Source: Bacillales bacterium UBA5348 (lineage in GTDB: Bacteria; Bacillota_I; Bacilli_A; RF39; UBA660). From it: a stretch of 64,000 nt of DNA. Under the pieces are notes generated by a model, which saw only the letters and a list, made by a program, of their open reading frames with translations, was not told the DNA's origin and did no database searches. Shown here piece by piece: positions 1 to 8,592 of the stretch (position 1 is the stretch's first letter; each line of letters begins with the position of its first letter). The DNA lies in the NCBI GenBank assembly GCA_002411005.1, contig DHQC01000003.1, positions 4,086 through 68,085 of the forward strand, in the 5' to 3' direction. The translations under genes were made by a program, and so were the position numbers.

Positions 1-1225
1 CAATACCTCTACTTATAGCTTCTTCCCTATTTGGAATAATTTCATAATTATCTTTTATATTATTATGAAGCATATCTTTAATTATTTCATCAGGATTTTC
101 AAATCTAGGATTATCATTAGTAATTATTACTTTATCGCACATTGCAAGTGCATAAAATGTCATTTTAGGCCTCTTCGTTTTATCACGATTGCCTCCACAA
201 CCAATTATACTATATATTCGACCATTTGAGAATTCTTTTACTGCGTTTAATATGTTAAAAACAGCATCTGGTGTATGTGCATAATCAACAATTATTTTGT
301 TATCATTATAAAAAACAGTATCCATACGTCCTGCTGGTGCTTTTAGTATCGGGATTTTGTTTATTATTTCAGAAAATGATATTCCTTCTTCATGTAACAC
401 TATTATCATCGTCAACAGATTGTAAATATTATGTCTACCTAATAAAGGACTTTTAACAGTATGTTTATTATTATTATATCTGAAAGAAAAGGTCGTATTA
501 TCGTTCTCAACAATAGATTTTAATATCTGATAGTCACTCTTGTTAAAACCATAAGTGAGATAATTATTAACTTTCATATCTTTAGCATAATCATCATCTT
601 CATTAATAATACTTTTACCTATACTTTTTAATAAGTGAAACAATTTTTGTTTTGTATGTGCATAATCTTCCATCGTTTTATGAAAATCAAGATGTTCCTC
701 TGTTAAGTTAGAATAGATGGCATAGTCAAATGTCAAACCATCAATCCGGTTAAAAGCTAGAGCATGACTACTGACTTCCAAAGCCACATATTTAATTCCA
801 TTTTCCTTACATTCATCTAACATTTGATATAAAGATAAAATATCTGGGGTTGTATTTTCTAACACTCTAATATCATCTTTCATATAAAAACCAATTGTAC
901 CAATATAAGCACAAGGGATATTTAGTTTATTTAACATTTGATAGATAAGAAAACAACTCGTTGTTTTACCATTTGTTCCTGTAACGCCAATAAGTTTAAG
1001 ATCTTTAATACGTGGTAAATAATATTCTTTTACATAATCAACAAGATACTGTTTAGTATCATCTACAACTGTAGTTTTTACATCATAAGAACCATGTTCA
1101 ACAATAACCTTAATAGCTCCCCTTTCAATAGCTTCATTTACATAATTATGACCGTCATATTTAGCACCTTTTATAGCGATAAAAATATCACCTTGTATAA
1201 TTTCTTTAGAATTAGTTCTAATCAC
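1..1225 (-). CDS. murE: UDP-N-acetylmuramoyl-tripeptide ligase MurE (5' part; gene continues past the window start)
   Basis: Hand translation of the minus strand from GTG at 1225-1223 gives VIRTNSKEIIQGDIFIAIKGAKYDGHNYV...LIGVTGTNGKTTSCF...GRHNIYN...DYAHTPDA, the Mur-ligase Rossmann and ATP-binding motifs. A GAGGT SD sits inside the 3' end of the upstream PBP gene. The ORF stays open to position 1, which is why it is absent from the ORF track. Confidence 0.8.
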   Translation of the reverse strand, partial: MIRTNSKEIIQGDIFIAIKGAKYDGHNYVNEAIERGAIKVIVEHGSYDVKTTVVDDTKQYLVDYVKEYYLPRIKDLKLIGVTGTNGKTTSCFLIYQMLNKLNIPCAYIGTIGFYMKDDIRVLENTTPDILSLYQMLDECKENGIKYVALEVSSHALAFNRIDGLTFDYAIYSNLTEEHLDFHKTMEDYAHTKQKLFHLLKSIGKSIINEDDDYAKDMKVNNYLTYGFNKSDYQILKSIVENDNTTFSFRYNNNKHTVKSPLLGRHNIYNLLTMIIVLHEEGISFSEIINKIPILKAPAGRMDTVFYNDNKIIVDYAHTPDAVFNILNAVKEFSNGRIYSIIGCGGNRDKTKRPKMTFYALAMCDKVIITNDNPRFENPDEIIKDMLHNNIKDNYEIIPNREEAISRGI

Positions 1226-3140
1226 CTAGATATAACCTCACTTTCTCTCCCTCTATTATCTTAGTACCCCCTGAAGGAGACTGTTCTAATATTTTCTTAC
1301 CACTTCCACTATATTCAATTTGGAAATTTTTAAGTTGTTTAATAGCCTCTACTTTTTCAAGCCCTACCACATCAGGTACCATATAATACTTTTTATCGTA
1401 CCAGTTATATCTCATTTCACTTCCATTTTCTCTCCTTTTAATATCTAAGGCATTAATAGCATCATTCATAATTGATTTAACTATAGGACCTGCAACTGTT
1501 CCACCATATTGAGTTACTCCTTTTGGATAATCAACCGCAACATAAACTAAAACTTCAGGATCATCAGCTGGTAAAAAACCAATAAATGAAACGATATAAT
1601 TTCCTACCATATATCTACCATTATTTACTTTTTGAGCAGTTCCTGTTTTACCACCAACCCTATAACCTTCTATATAGGCTGTACGGCCTGTTCCATTACT
1701 AACAACACTCTCCAAAGCATATCTAACTTTCATACTTGTAGTTTCATCTATTACCTGCCTAACCATCTTCTTATTATTTTCTTGAACAACAGTATTTGTC
1801 TCAGGCTCAAGCAATCTTTTTACAATATAAGGTTGATATAAATAACCGCCATTTATTGCTGCTGCTACGGCTGTTACTTGTTGAATAGGAGTAACTGAAA
1901 CACCTTGACCAAAAGAAGTTGTCGCTAATTCAACAGGGCCAACTTTATCTAAGGAAAAGAGTATTCCGCTACCTTCACCATTTAAATCAATTCCAGTTTT
2001 TTTACCAAAACCAAAATTATGAATATATTTATATAATCTTTCTTTACCAAGTCGTCTACCTAACTCTACAAAACCTGGGTTACAAGAATTTTCAACAACT
2101 TGTAAAAATGTCTGAGCACCATGGCCGCCTGCCTTCCAACATCTAATCCTAGCATTTTCAACTCTAACATAGCCAGGATCATAGAAAGTATCTTTATCTA
2201 AATCTACCGTTCCCTCTTGGAGGGATGACGAAATTGTGATTATCTTGAAAGTAGAACCCGGTTCATACGTAGACCAAATTGGTAAATTACGGTTAATTTC
2301 TTCAATCGTGTAATCTTGATAGTTAGAAGGCGAGAAATTTGGACGAGATGACATTGCCAGTATTTCCCCATTATTTGGATCCATTACAATAGCTAGGGCA
2401 CTATCAGGATTATACTTAGCTTCAATATTGTCTAACTCTCTTTCTACCGAGGCTTGAATATTATGATCGATCGTCAACATCATATTAATACCACTTTGTG
2501 GTTCTTCATATATCTCTGCCATTTTAAGACGTTGTCCTTTTGCATCAGAATAATATTTAATTGAACCATTCTCCCCTTTTAAATATTTATCATATTGTAA
2601 TTCTAAACCACTTAACCCCTGATTATCAATACCAACAAAGCCAACAACATGGGATAAATAATCATCATAAACATAATTTCTTTTAGCTTCCTTCAATAAA
2701 TAAACGCCATCAAAATTTAAACTATTAATTTTATCAGAAATCTCATAGTTTAATCTTCTACCCTCAGGATGGACTCTTTCGATCGAAGTTTTTTTAGCAA
2801 CGTGTTTATACATTTCATCATAAGAGACATTTAATATTTCACTTAAAGCCGTACTAACAGCCGCCTTGTCCTTAATTTGATTAGGAACAAAAACTAAACT
2901 AGTTGTCGTAACATTATCAGCTAAAACAACCCCATTACGATCATAGATAAGCCCTCTATCAGCTTCAATAGGAAGATTACGATTCCATAAATCATTCGCT
3001 AATTTATTTAAATCCTTGTATTCTATTAATTGAATAAAAAAAACTCTTATAATAATTAACGCTAACAGAATAATACAACCTATAATAATAATTTTAATAC
3101 GAGCATGAATAGTTTTATAAAACATGAATGTCCACCTCAA
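1218..3140 (-). CDS. Class B penicillin-binding protein (transpeptidase) with a single C-terminal PASTA domain; SpoVD/FtsI-like
   Basis: 640 aa. N-terminal TM anchor, dimerisation domain, then transpeptidase motifs STFK (SxxK), SCN (SxN) and KTGTA (KTG). One PASTA repeat at the C-terminus. It sits immediately upstream of murE, as spoVD does in the Bacillus dcw cluster. Confidence 0.85.
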   Translation of the reverse strand: MRWTFMFYKTIHARIKIIIIGCIILLALIIIRVFFIQLIEYKDLNKLANDLWNRNLPIEADRGLIYDRNGVVLADNVTTTSLVFVPNQIKDKAAVSTALSEILNVSYDEMYKHVAKKTSIERVHPEGRRLNYEISDKINSLNFDGVYLLKEAKRNYVYDDYLSHVVGFVGIDNQGLSGLELQYDKYLKGENGSIKYYSDAKGQRLKMAEIYEEPQSGINMMLTIDHNIQASVERELDNIEAKYNPDSALAIVMDPNNGEILAMSSRPNFSPSNYQDYTIEEINRNLPIWSTYEPGSTFKIITISSSLQEGTVDLDKDTFYDPGYVRVENARIRCWKAGGHGAQTFLQVVENSCNPGFVELGRRLGKERLYKYIHNFGFGKKTGIDLNGEGSGILFSLDKVGPVELATTSFGQGVSVTPIQQVTAVAAAINGGYLYQPYIVKRLLEPETNTVVQENNKKMVRQVIDETTSMKVRYALESVVSNGTGRTAYIEGYRVGGKTGTAQKVNNGRYMVGNYIVSFIGFLPADDPEVLVYVAVDYPKGVTQYGGTVAGPIVKSIMNDAINALDIKRRENGSEMRYNWYDKKYYMVPDVVGLEKVEAIKQLKNFQIEYSGSGKKILEQSPSGGTKIIEGEKVRLYLGD

Positions 3141-3172
3141 TAATTTATATGAAGAAATAAATAAAAATAGGA

Positions 3173-3924
3173 TTAAATATGCAATTTAATCCTATCAAAA
3201 TATTTAAATCTTTTAATGTTTTTTGGTATTTCTATCTTAATTTTTTCAGGTCTCTTAATTTTATTCTTTGAACCAACATTATCGATATATTTTAAAGAGA
3301 TATATTTTTTCGTTTTAAGACATACTCTTCTTAGAATTCTAGAAACAGTAGGTTGTGTAATTCCTAATTTAACAGCTAATTCCTTTTGCATCAATAGAGT
3401 ACTACCATTAAGACCATATGTTCCATTTATAACTTCTTTCTCTATCTCATCAAGTTGTTCTATTGCTTCTTCTAATTCATTACACGTTTCTTCATATTCA
3501 TTAGCATAATCAGCTAAAGGACCGTTATCAGGAATTACATCAAATAATTTGACTGTTCCACCCTCTGATGTTTTTAATATATCTTCATCCAAGCTAACAT
3601 CCATATTGGCTGATTTCTTATAAGATCTAAAACTCATTAATATTTCATTTTCAATACACCTTCCAGCATAACTTGAAAATTTATACCCTTTAGACACATC
3701 AAATGTCTTTATAGCTTTTACTAAACCTACACTACCTGATCCAATGATATCTTCTGTTTCCACAAATTCATGTTTGAAACGAGCCAAAATAAAAACAACA
3801 AACCTTGAATCAACTGCTTAAATGCTTCTTAACTACCACTATTATATAGTCTAAAATATTCTAATGTCTCTTTTTCACTTAAATGACCGAAAAAATTATA
3901 TTTCCTCTCTTTTTCACGATTCAT
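3173..3924 (-). pseudogene. Sporulation-type sigma factor (SigE/SigK family) disrupted by an in-frame stop and a frameshift
   Basis: The body ORF 3173..3787 (TTG start) encodes sigma regions 2.2-4.2 (GLVKAIKTFD...YAGRCIENEILM...ITQPTVSRILRR) but lacks region 2.1. A separate frame upstream (ATG 3924-3922) reads MNREKERKYNFFGHLSEKETLEYFRLYNSGS* with a TAA at 3831-3829 where SigE/SigK carry Gln/Glu. The text then continues as EAFKQLIQ in that frame and as RFVVFILARFK (region 2.1) in the body frame, offset by 1 nt near 3803-3806. Confidence 0.55.
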
Positions 3925-3991
3925 GTAACCCCCACTTTCCAAAATTTAAAATGTAGTGATTATTATACATAATTAATGAATAATATGCAAG

Positions 3992-4018
3992 AAAAAAAGA
4001 GATAGTCTATATCTCTAT
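3992..4018 (-). terminator. 27-bp repeat copy 1: rho-independent terminator immediately after tagD
   Basis: The plus-strand sequence is aaaaaaagagatagtctatatctctat. On the minus sense this gives the hairpin agagata-uagac-uaucucu followed by U7. Confidence 0.7.
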
Positions 4019-4437
4019 TAATTTTTCACTGCCAATTCTTCTTTTATCTGAGTAGAAGATACACCCTCAGTTCTAGGTAAATAAACAACATCAGCATATT
4101 CTTTTAAATATTCAAATCTTTCACTACCTGCCCAATCTCCACCCATAACAACTATATCAATATCATATTTTTGTATATCATAAACCTTTTGTTCCCATGT
4201 TTCCTCAGGTATAACCAGATCTACATATTTTATTGCTTCAACCAATAACTTTCTTTCTTCATAATTAAAATAAGCTTTCTTCCCTTTTTTATCATTAAAT
4301 TCATCTGTAGAAACAGCGACAACTAAATAATCCCCTAAAGCCTTTGCTCTTCTTAATAAATTAATATGCCCATAATGTAATAAATCAAATGTTCCATAAG
4401 TTAATACTTTTTTCATGATTATCTCCTTATTATTCAT
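4018..4437 (-). CDS. tagD: Glycerol-3-phosphate cytidylyltransferase
   Basis: 139 aa with the HYGHINLL (HxGH) nucleotidyltransferase motif. Size and sequence are typical of TagD/TarD. It overlaps tagH by 8 nt. Confidence 0.9.
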   Translation of the reverse strand: MNNKEIIMKKVLTYGTFDLLHYGHINLLRRAKALGDYLVVAVSTDEFNDKKGKKAYFNYEERKLLVEAIKYVDLVIPEETWEQKVYDIQKYDIDIVVMGGDWAGSERFEYLKEYADVVYLPRTEGVSSTQIKEELAVKN

Positions 4438-5164
4438 TCATGAATTTTTCATATGCAGCTAAAATCTTATCTGGATCACCCTGCATTTTTATTTTACCAT
4501 CATGTAACCATATTACTTCATCACATAATTCGTTTAATGTTTTAGGAGTATGAGAAACAATAATAACCGTTCTGTTTTCAGTAAAGATAAGTTCTTTCAT
4601 TTTACCATAACTTTTCTTTTTAAATTGAACATCTCCAACACTTAAAACCTCATCTATAAGCATTATATCAGTTTCTAGTATAGCAGTAATAGCAAATGCT
4701 AATTTAGAATACATTCCTGAAGAATATGTTTTAACTGGTTTATATATAAAATCTCCAATATCAGCAAAATCAATTATTTCTTGTTCTTTTTCTCTAACCT
4801 GCTCTTCATTAAAACCTAATAAAAGTCCAGATAAATATATATTTTCATAGCCTGTTAATTTTTTATTAAAGCCTACTCCAATTGATAATAATGATACTGT
4901 ATTATTATGTAAATCTATACTCCCTATATCAGGCGAAAAGATTCCACCAATAGCTCTTAATAATGTTGATTTACCACTACCGTTTTTACCAATAATTCCT
5001 ATTATTTTACCTTCATCAATTGTAAAGGATACACCCCTTAAGGCTTCAAAAGTTTCTATTTTCTTTCTATTTTTTTTATTAAAAAAGGTAGATCTAATAG
5101 AAGTCTTTTTAAGACCCTTATATGTAATATGTAAATTCTCAATTGTAATCGCTTCTTTTTTCAT
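4430..5164 (-). CDS. tagH: Teichoic-acid export ABC transporter, ATP-binding protein
   Basis: Walker A GKNGSGKST, ABC signature YSSGMYSKL, Walker B MLIDEVLSVGD. It is adjacent to an ABC-2 permease. Confidence 0.85.
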   Translation of the reverse strand: MKKEAITIENLHITYKGLKKTSIRSTFFNKKNRKKIETFEALRGVSFTIDEGKIIGIIGKNGSGKSTLLRAIGGIFSPDIGSIDLHNNTVSLLSIGVGFNKKLTGYENIYLSGLLLGFNEEQVREKEQEIIDFADIGDFIYKPVKTYSSGMYSKLAFAITAILETDIMLIDEVLSVGDVQFKKKSYGKMKELIFTENRTVIIVSHTPKTLNELCDEVIWLHDGKIKMQGDPDKILAAYEKFMNE

Positions 5165-5955
5165 TAAATCACCTTCGCATAACTATTTTCATTCTTATGA
5201 ATCAACTTAATACCTATATAAGTAAAAATCAATCCAACCACTAACCAAAAGGTTAGACCTGAAAAATTTGGAATTTTATCATAGATTATAACATTCCTAA
5301 ATTCATTCATCAAAAATGCTATTGGATTAACACTTAACATTAAAAAGCCAAGTTTCCCCTTTAATCTAACATTAATATTATAAAACACTCCTGAAAGATA
5401 AAACAAGAATCTAAGTACAATATCACTTAGGTTAGCTAAATCTTGTACATAAACACTAAAATGCATTAATATACAAGATATTCCAAAAGTAATAATATAA
5501 AGTATTATTAAGATAGGAAAGAAATATAACATTGTAAAAGAGAATGGAACATTCATAATTAACATAATTATAATTAATAATACAAACGAAATAAATAATT
5601 TAAATAAATATGTAAAAGATTTAGATATTAACAAAATATATTTAGGTATATATACTTTAGATATTAATTCTCTATTATTTACAACTAATTTAATACTACC
5701 AGTTATCATTCTGTTAAAGAATTGCCATACAGTAATACCTATTAATACAAAAGGAATAAAATATTCTTCATTAGCCTTAAAAACATATCCAAAAACAAAG
5801 ACATAGATCAACATAAAAGATAATGGTTCAATAATCCACCATAACCAATTTAAATATGAATCTGTGACTTCACTTTTAAGCTCTGCTTTAGCAGAACGAA
5901 TAGCATACCTTGAATATTTTTTTGTATTGTTATATAAACGTACTACGTCTTTCAT
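5164..5955 (-). CDS. tagG: Teichoic-acid export ABC-2 type permease
   Basis: 263 aa polytopic membrane protein with 6 predicted TM segments. It is translationally coupled to tagH (ATGA overlap). Confidence 0.8.
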   Translation of the reverse strand: MKDVVRLYNNTKKYSRYAIRSAKAELKSEVTDSYLNWLWWIIEPLSFMLIYVFVFGYVFKANEEYFIPFVLIGITVWQFFNRMITGSIKLVVNNRELISKVYIPKYILLISKSFTYLFKLFISFVLLIIIMLIMNVPFSFTMLYFFPILIILYIITFGISCILMHFSVYVQDLANLSDIVLRFLFYLSGVFYNINVRLKGKLGFLMLSVNPIAFLMNEFRNVIIYDKIPNFSGLTFWLVVGLIFTYIGIKLIHKNENSYAKVI

Positions 5956-5973
5956 ATTTTATATTTCCTCCAT

Positions 5974-8583
5974 TTATTTTTTATATGTTGCATCAATGAT
6001 TCGTTTACAATTGTTTTTATCTGTATATTTAAAGGTATTATTAACTCTTTTAATATATTTTTCTTCCATCTTAAAACCATTATCGAAATAAAATTTTATT
6101 TTAGCAACAACATCTTTATAGTCAGTTAAAACATCCCCAAAAGCATCATTTTCATAGAGAAAATATCCTTTGCTGTAATATTCTTCAAAGAAAGTATCAT
6201 TATCAAATTGAAAGAAAATTTCCGGTTTTTTTAAATATGCAAAATCGAAAAAAACGCTTGAATAATCAGTTATTAATAATTTAGACTCGGAAAAAACTTG
6301 AGAATACGAAACATCATTTTGAGATATTATCCTGATATTTTCATCGGAGAATTCATCAAAAAAACTTTTGTAGCCGTCCATACCTGGATGCAAAATAAAA
6401 TTCATCGTATACTTATATTTTTTTAACATTCTCTTCAAGTTTTTATCTGTCAATAGTTTTTTATAATTAATATAATATTCACTTTTGTCGAAATCGGGCA
6501 AAGTTTCATGTGCACCATTTTCCAATATTTTTCCAGACAATTTTTTTCTCCAGGTAGGACATAAAGAGATAATGTTTTCACTATGATTCTCTAAAGAATC
6601 AAACCTTGCTAAACCAGTTAATAATATATCACTTGAATCAAAAAAGTATTTTTTTTGGTTTATTTCGTTATATTCACCTACTGTCGAAACAATAAACTTA
6701 TCTGCTTTTATATTTAATTTATTTGACGGTATTGATAAATCATCTTTTATTATTCCGTGTTGCAGCCAAATTAGTTTGTATGAAAATAAGTCCTGATAAT
6801 ATTTGATTTTATCTAATTGAAAAGCATTATAAAATAATCTGTGCATATGTGATGTATATAAAAATTTAGTGTTTAAAAATAAAAATTTATGTTTTATACT
6901 TCCGCGTTTTACGACTTTACCAATTTTTCGTAACCTTTTATAATCGGTGCTATTTTTATTTATTACGAAATAGGTATTCTTAGCAATATCTAATCTGTTA
7001 GAATATATATATTTAAAAAGAGCTTCGCCATTATCTCCTGCTTTATCAGGCCTATCGTTAATTAGAATAAACTCTTTTGTTCTTTTAGATAACAATCTTA
7101 AAAAAGTTTTATACTTGTATTTTCTAATTATATTAAAAAAACTATTAAAGTTATAAGTATTTGTCCTCATGTCTGTTTTCGATAATTTAAATTTTCTACC
7201 ATTAAATGATAAATAATATTTTTTGTGTCTTAAAAGAATTTTATCATCTTTTAAACTAAGTTTAGTGTTAGCATCTACAATTATTCTTCTAATCGGATAA
7301 TTTTTATTTTCTTTTGTATTAATTAACATAAACTTTATAATTTTTGATTTATTTATATCAAATTCAAATTTTCTATAATGAGTGTTATCAATTAAAAATT
7401 CACCATAATTTGTATCATAAGGACTATTAAAGTCTTCTCTTTTTGTGTAAGTATATACTTTGTTATTACCATCATAAGCGGCAATATCAATATAATTACA
7501 TAAATAGTTGTTAAAAAGGATTTCAAATGTTATAGTCTTTTCTTTAAAATAATAATTTTTAATTTTAATATCACGGTTATTTAAAACTACTATATTGTTC
7601 TCTAACAACTTTTGATAATTACTGTTTTTTAAATTGATAAATACCAATTTTTGTTCAATATTAGGCAGCCATTTAGATTTATTATAGATGTAATCATCTG
7701 ATAATAAGTTTATATATTCTTTATATTTTCTTATAATCATATCATAATTAGCTTTATTTTCAAAAAGCTCCAGTTGGATATCTCTTAACCTACTTCTTAA
7801 CTCGTATATAATTATTTCTTTCTGATAATTTTCTAAGTTTTGTTTATTAAAAACCTCAAATAGATTTAAAACAGAACAATAGCCTTTTTCAAGCAATTTT
7901 AAATTATCAACTATTGAAGTTTGCTCTTTTCTTTTTCTATAATGATATTTAACATTGTTTTCACAAACATAACCAATATTTTTATTATTCAAATATAACT
8001 CACTATTAAATTTACCATCCTCAGAAGAAACCATCGTGACATCAAATTTTTTGTCTTTTATAATATTTGATTTATAAAAAGAAGAGGCACTTGAAAGTAC
8101 AAAATTATGAGGTTCCGTAGTCAAACTTATAATCCTATTTCTTCCCCCCATAAATTTATATTTTCCATGTATACCTATTTGAGCTTCAAAATAATATAAG
8201 GGGATAGAAACCATGTCAACATATAAAAAGTTTCTTTCAAAAAAATTAAAAACCTCTGTAAGTGTATTTGTTGATAATTTGTCATCCGGATCTAAAAAAT
8301 TAGTGTATTTTCCTTTAATTTTATTCAAACCTGCATTTCTTGCTCCACTTTGGCCTTTATTCTTTTGATATATATATATAATATTATCCGGGTATTGGTG
8401 TTTATATTTTAAGCAAATCTCTTCACTATTATCGGGGCTTCCATCATTTACTAATATTAATTGAACGTTTTCTTCAAATCCTATGTTCTGATTAATAACA
8501 CTTTCTATTGCTTCTTCTAAATACTTTTCGACATTATAAATCGCCATTACTATAGAAAATTTATACTCATATTTCTTTTCCAT
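5974..8583 (-). CDS. Bifunctional GT2 glycosyltransferase / CDP-glycerol glycerophosphotransferase (TagF-family)
   Basis: The N-terminus is GT-A (FSIVMAIYNVEKYL...LILVNDGSPDNS). The C-terminus carries TagF/TagB motifs (CPTWRKK, ILHPG, ITDYSSVFFDFAYLKKPEIFFQFD). Confidence 0.75.
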   Translation of the reverse strand: MEKKYEYKFSIVMAIYNVEKYLEEAIESVINQNIGFEENVQLILVNDGSPDNSEEICLKYKHQYPDNIIYIYQKNKGQSGARNAGLNKIKGKYTNFLDPDDKLSTNTLTEVFNFFERNFLYVDMVSIPLYYFEAQIGIHGKYKFMGGRNRIISLTTEPHNFVLSSASSFYKSNIIKDKKFDVTMVSSEDGKFNSELYLNNKNIGYVCENNVKYHYRKRKEQTSIVDNLKLLEKGYCSVLNLFEVFNKQNLENYQKEIIIYELRSRLRDIQLELFENKANYDMIIRKYKEYINLLSDDYIYNKSKWLPNIEQKLVFINLKNSNYQKLLENNIVVLNNRDIKIKNYYFKEKTITFEILFNNYLCNYIDIAAYDGNNKVYTYTKREDFNSPYDTNYGEFLIDNTHYRKFEFDINKSKIIKFMLINTKENKNYPIRRIIVDANTKLSLKDDKILLRHKKYYLSFNGRKFKLSKTDMRTNTYNFNSFFNIIRKYKYKTFLRLLSKRTKEFILINDRPDKAGDNGEALFKYIYSNRLDIAKNTYFVINKNSTDYKRLRKIGKVVKRGSIKHKFLFLNTKFLYTSHMHRLFYNAFQLDKIKYYQDLFSYKLIWLQHGIIKDDLSIPSNKLNIKADKFIVSTVGEYNEINQKKYFFDSSDILLTGLARFDSLENHSENIISLCPTWRKKLSGKILENGAHETLPDFDKSEYYINYKKLLTDKNLKRMLKKYKYTMNFILHPGMDGYKSFFDEFSDENIRIISQNDVSYSQVFSESKLLITDYSSVFFDFAYLKKPEIFFQFDNDTFFEEYYSKGYFLYENDAFGDVLTDYKDVVAKIKFYFDNGFKMEEKYIKRVNNTFKYTDKNNCKRIIDATYKK

Positions 8584-8592
8584 GATTTCCTC

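Noticed and set aside
271-456. Short plus-strand ORFs from the track (271-456, 1632-1841, 1919-2146, 3216-3509, 5864-6091, 15322-15564, 16732-17034, 18347-18553, 22539-22945, 23133-23369, 24041-24238, 26680-26985, 33247-33456, 37256-37465, 37606-38007, 38728-38940, 39964-40146, 40773-41180, 47398-47685, 50259-50462, 51664-51888, 55093-55299, 56139-56360)
   Set aside because: All lie antisense within well-supported longer genes, have low-complexity or hydrophobic composition typical of AT-rich antisense frames, and lack RBSs. They are judged spurious.
3785-3830. A skin-like intervening element interrupting the sigma gene, as in B. subtilis sigK
   Set aside because: The two sigma fragments are only ~40 nt apart with no inserted genes or recombinase. 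A point nonsense mutation plus a 1-nt indel explains the disruption.
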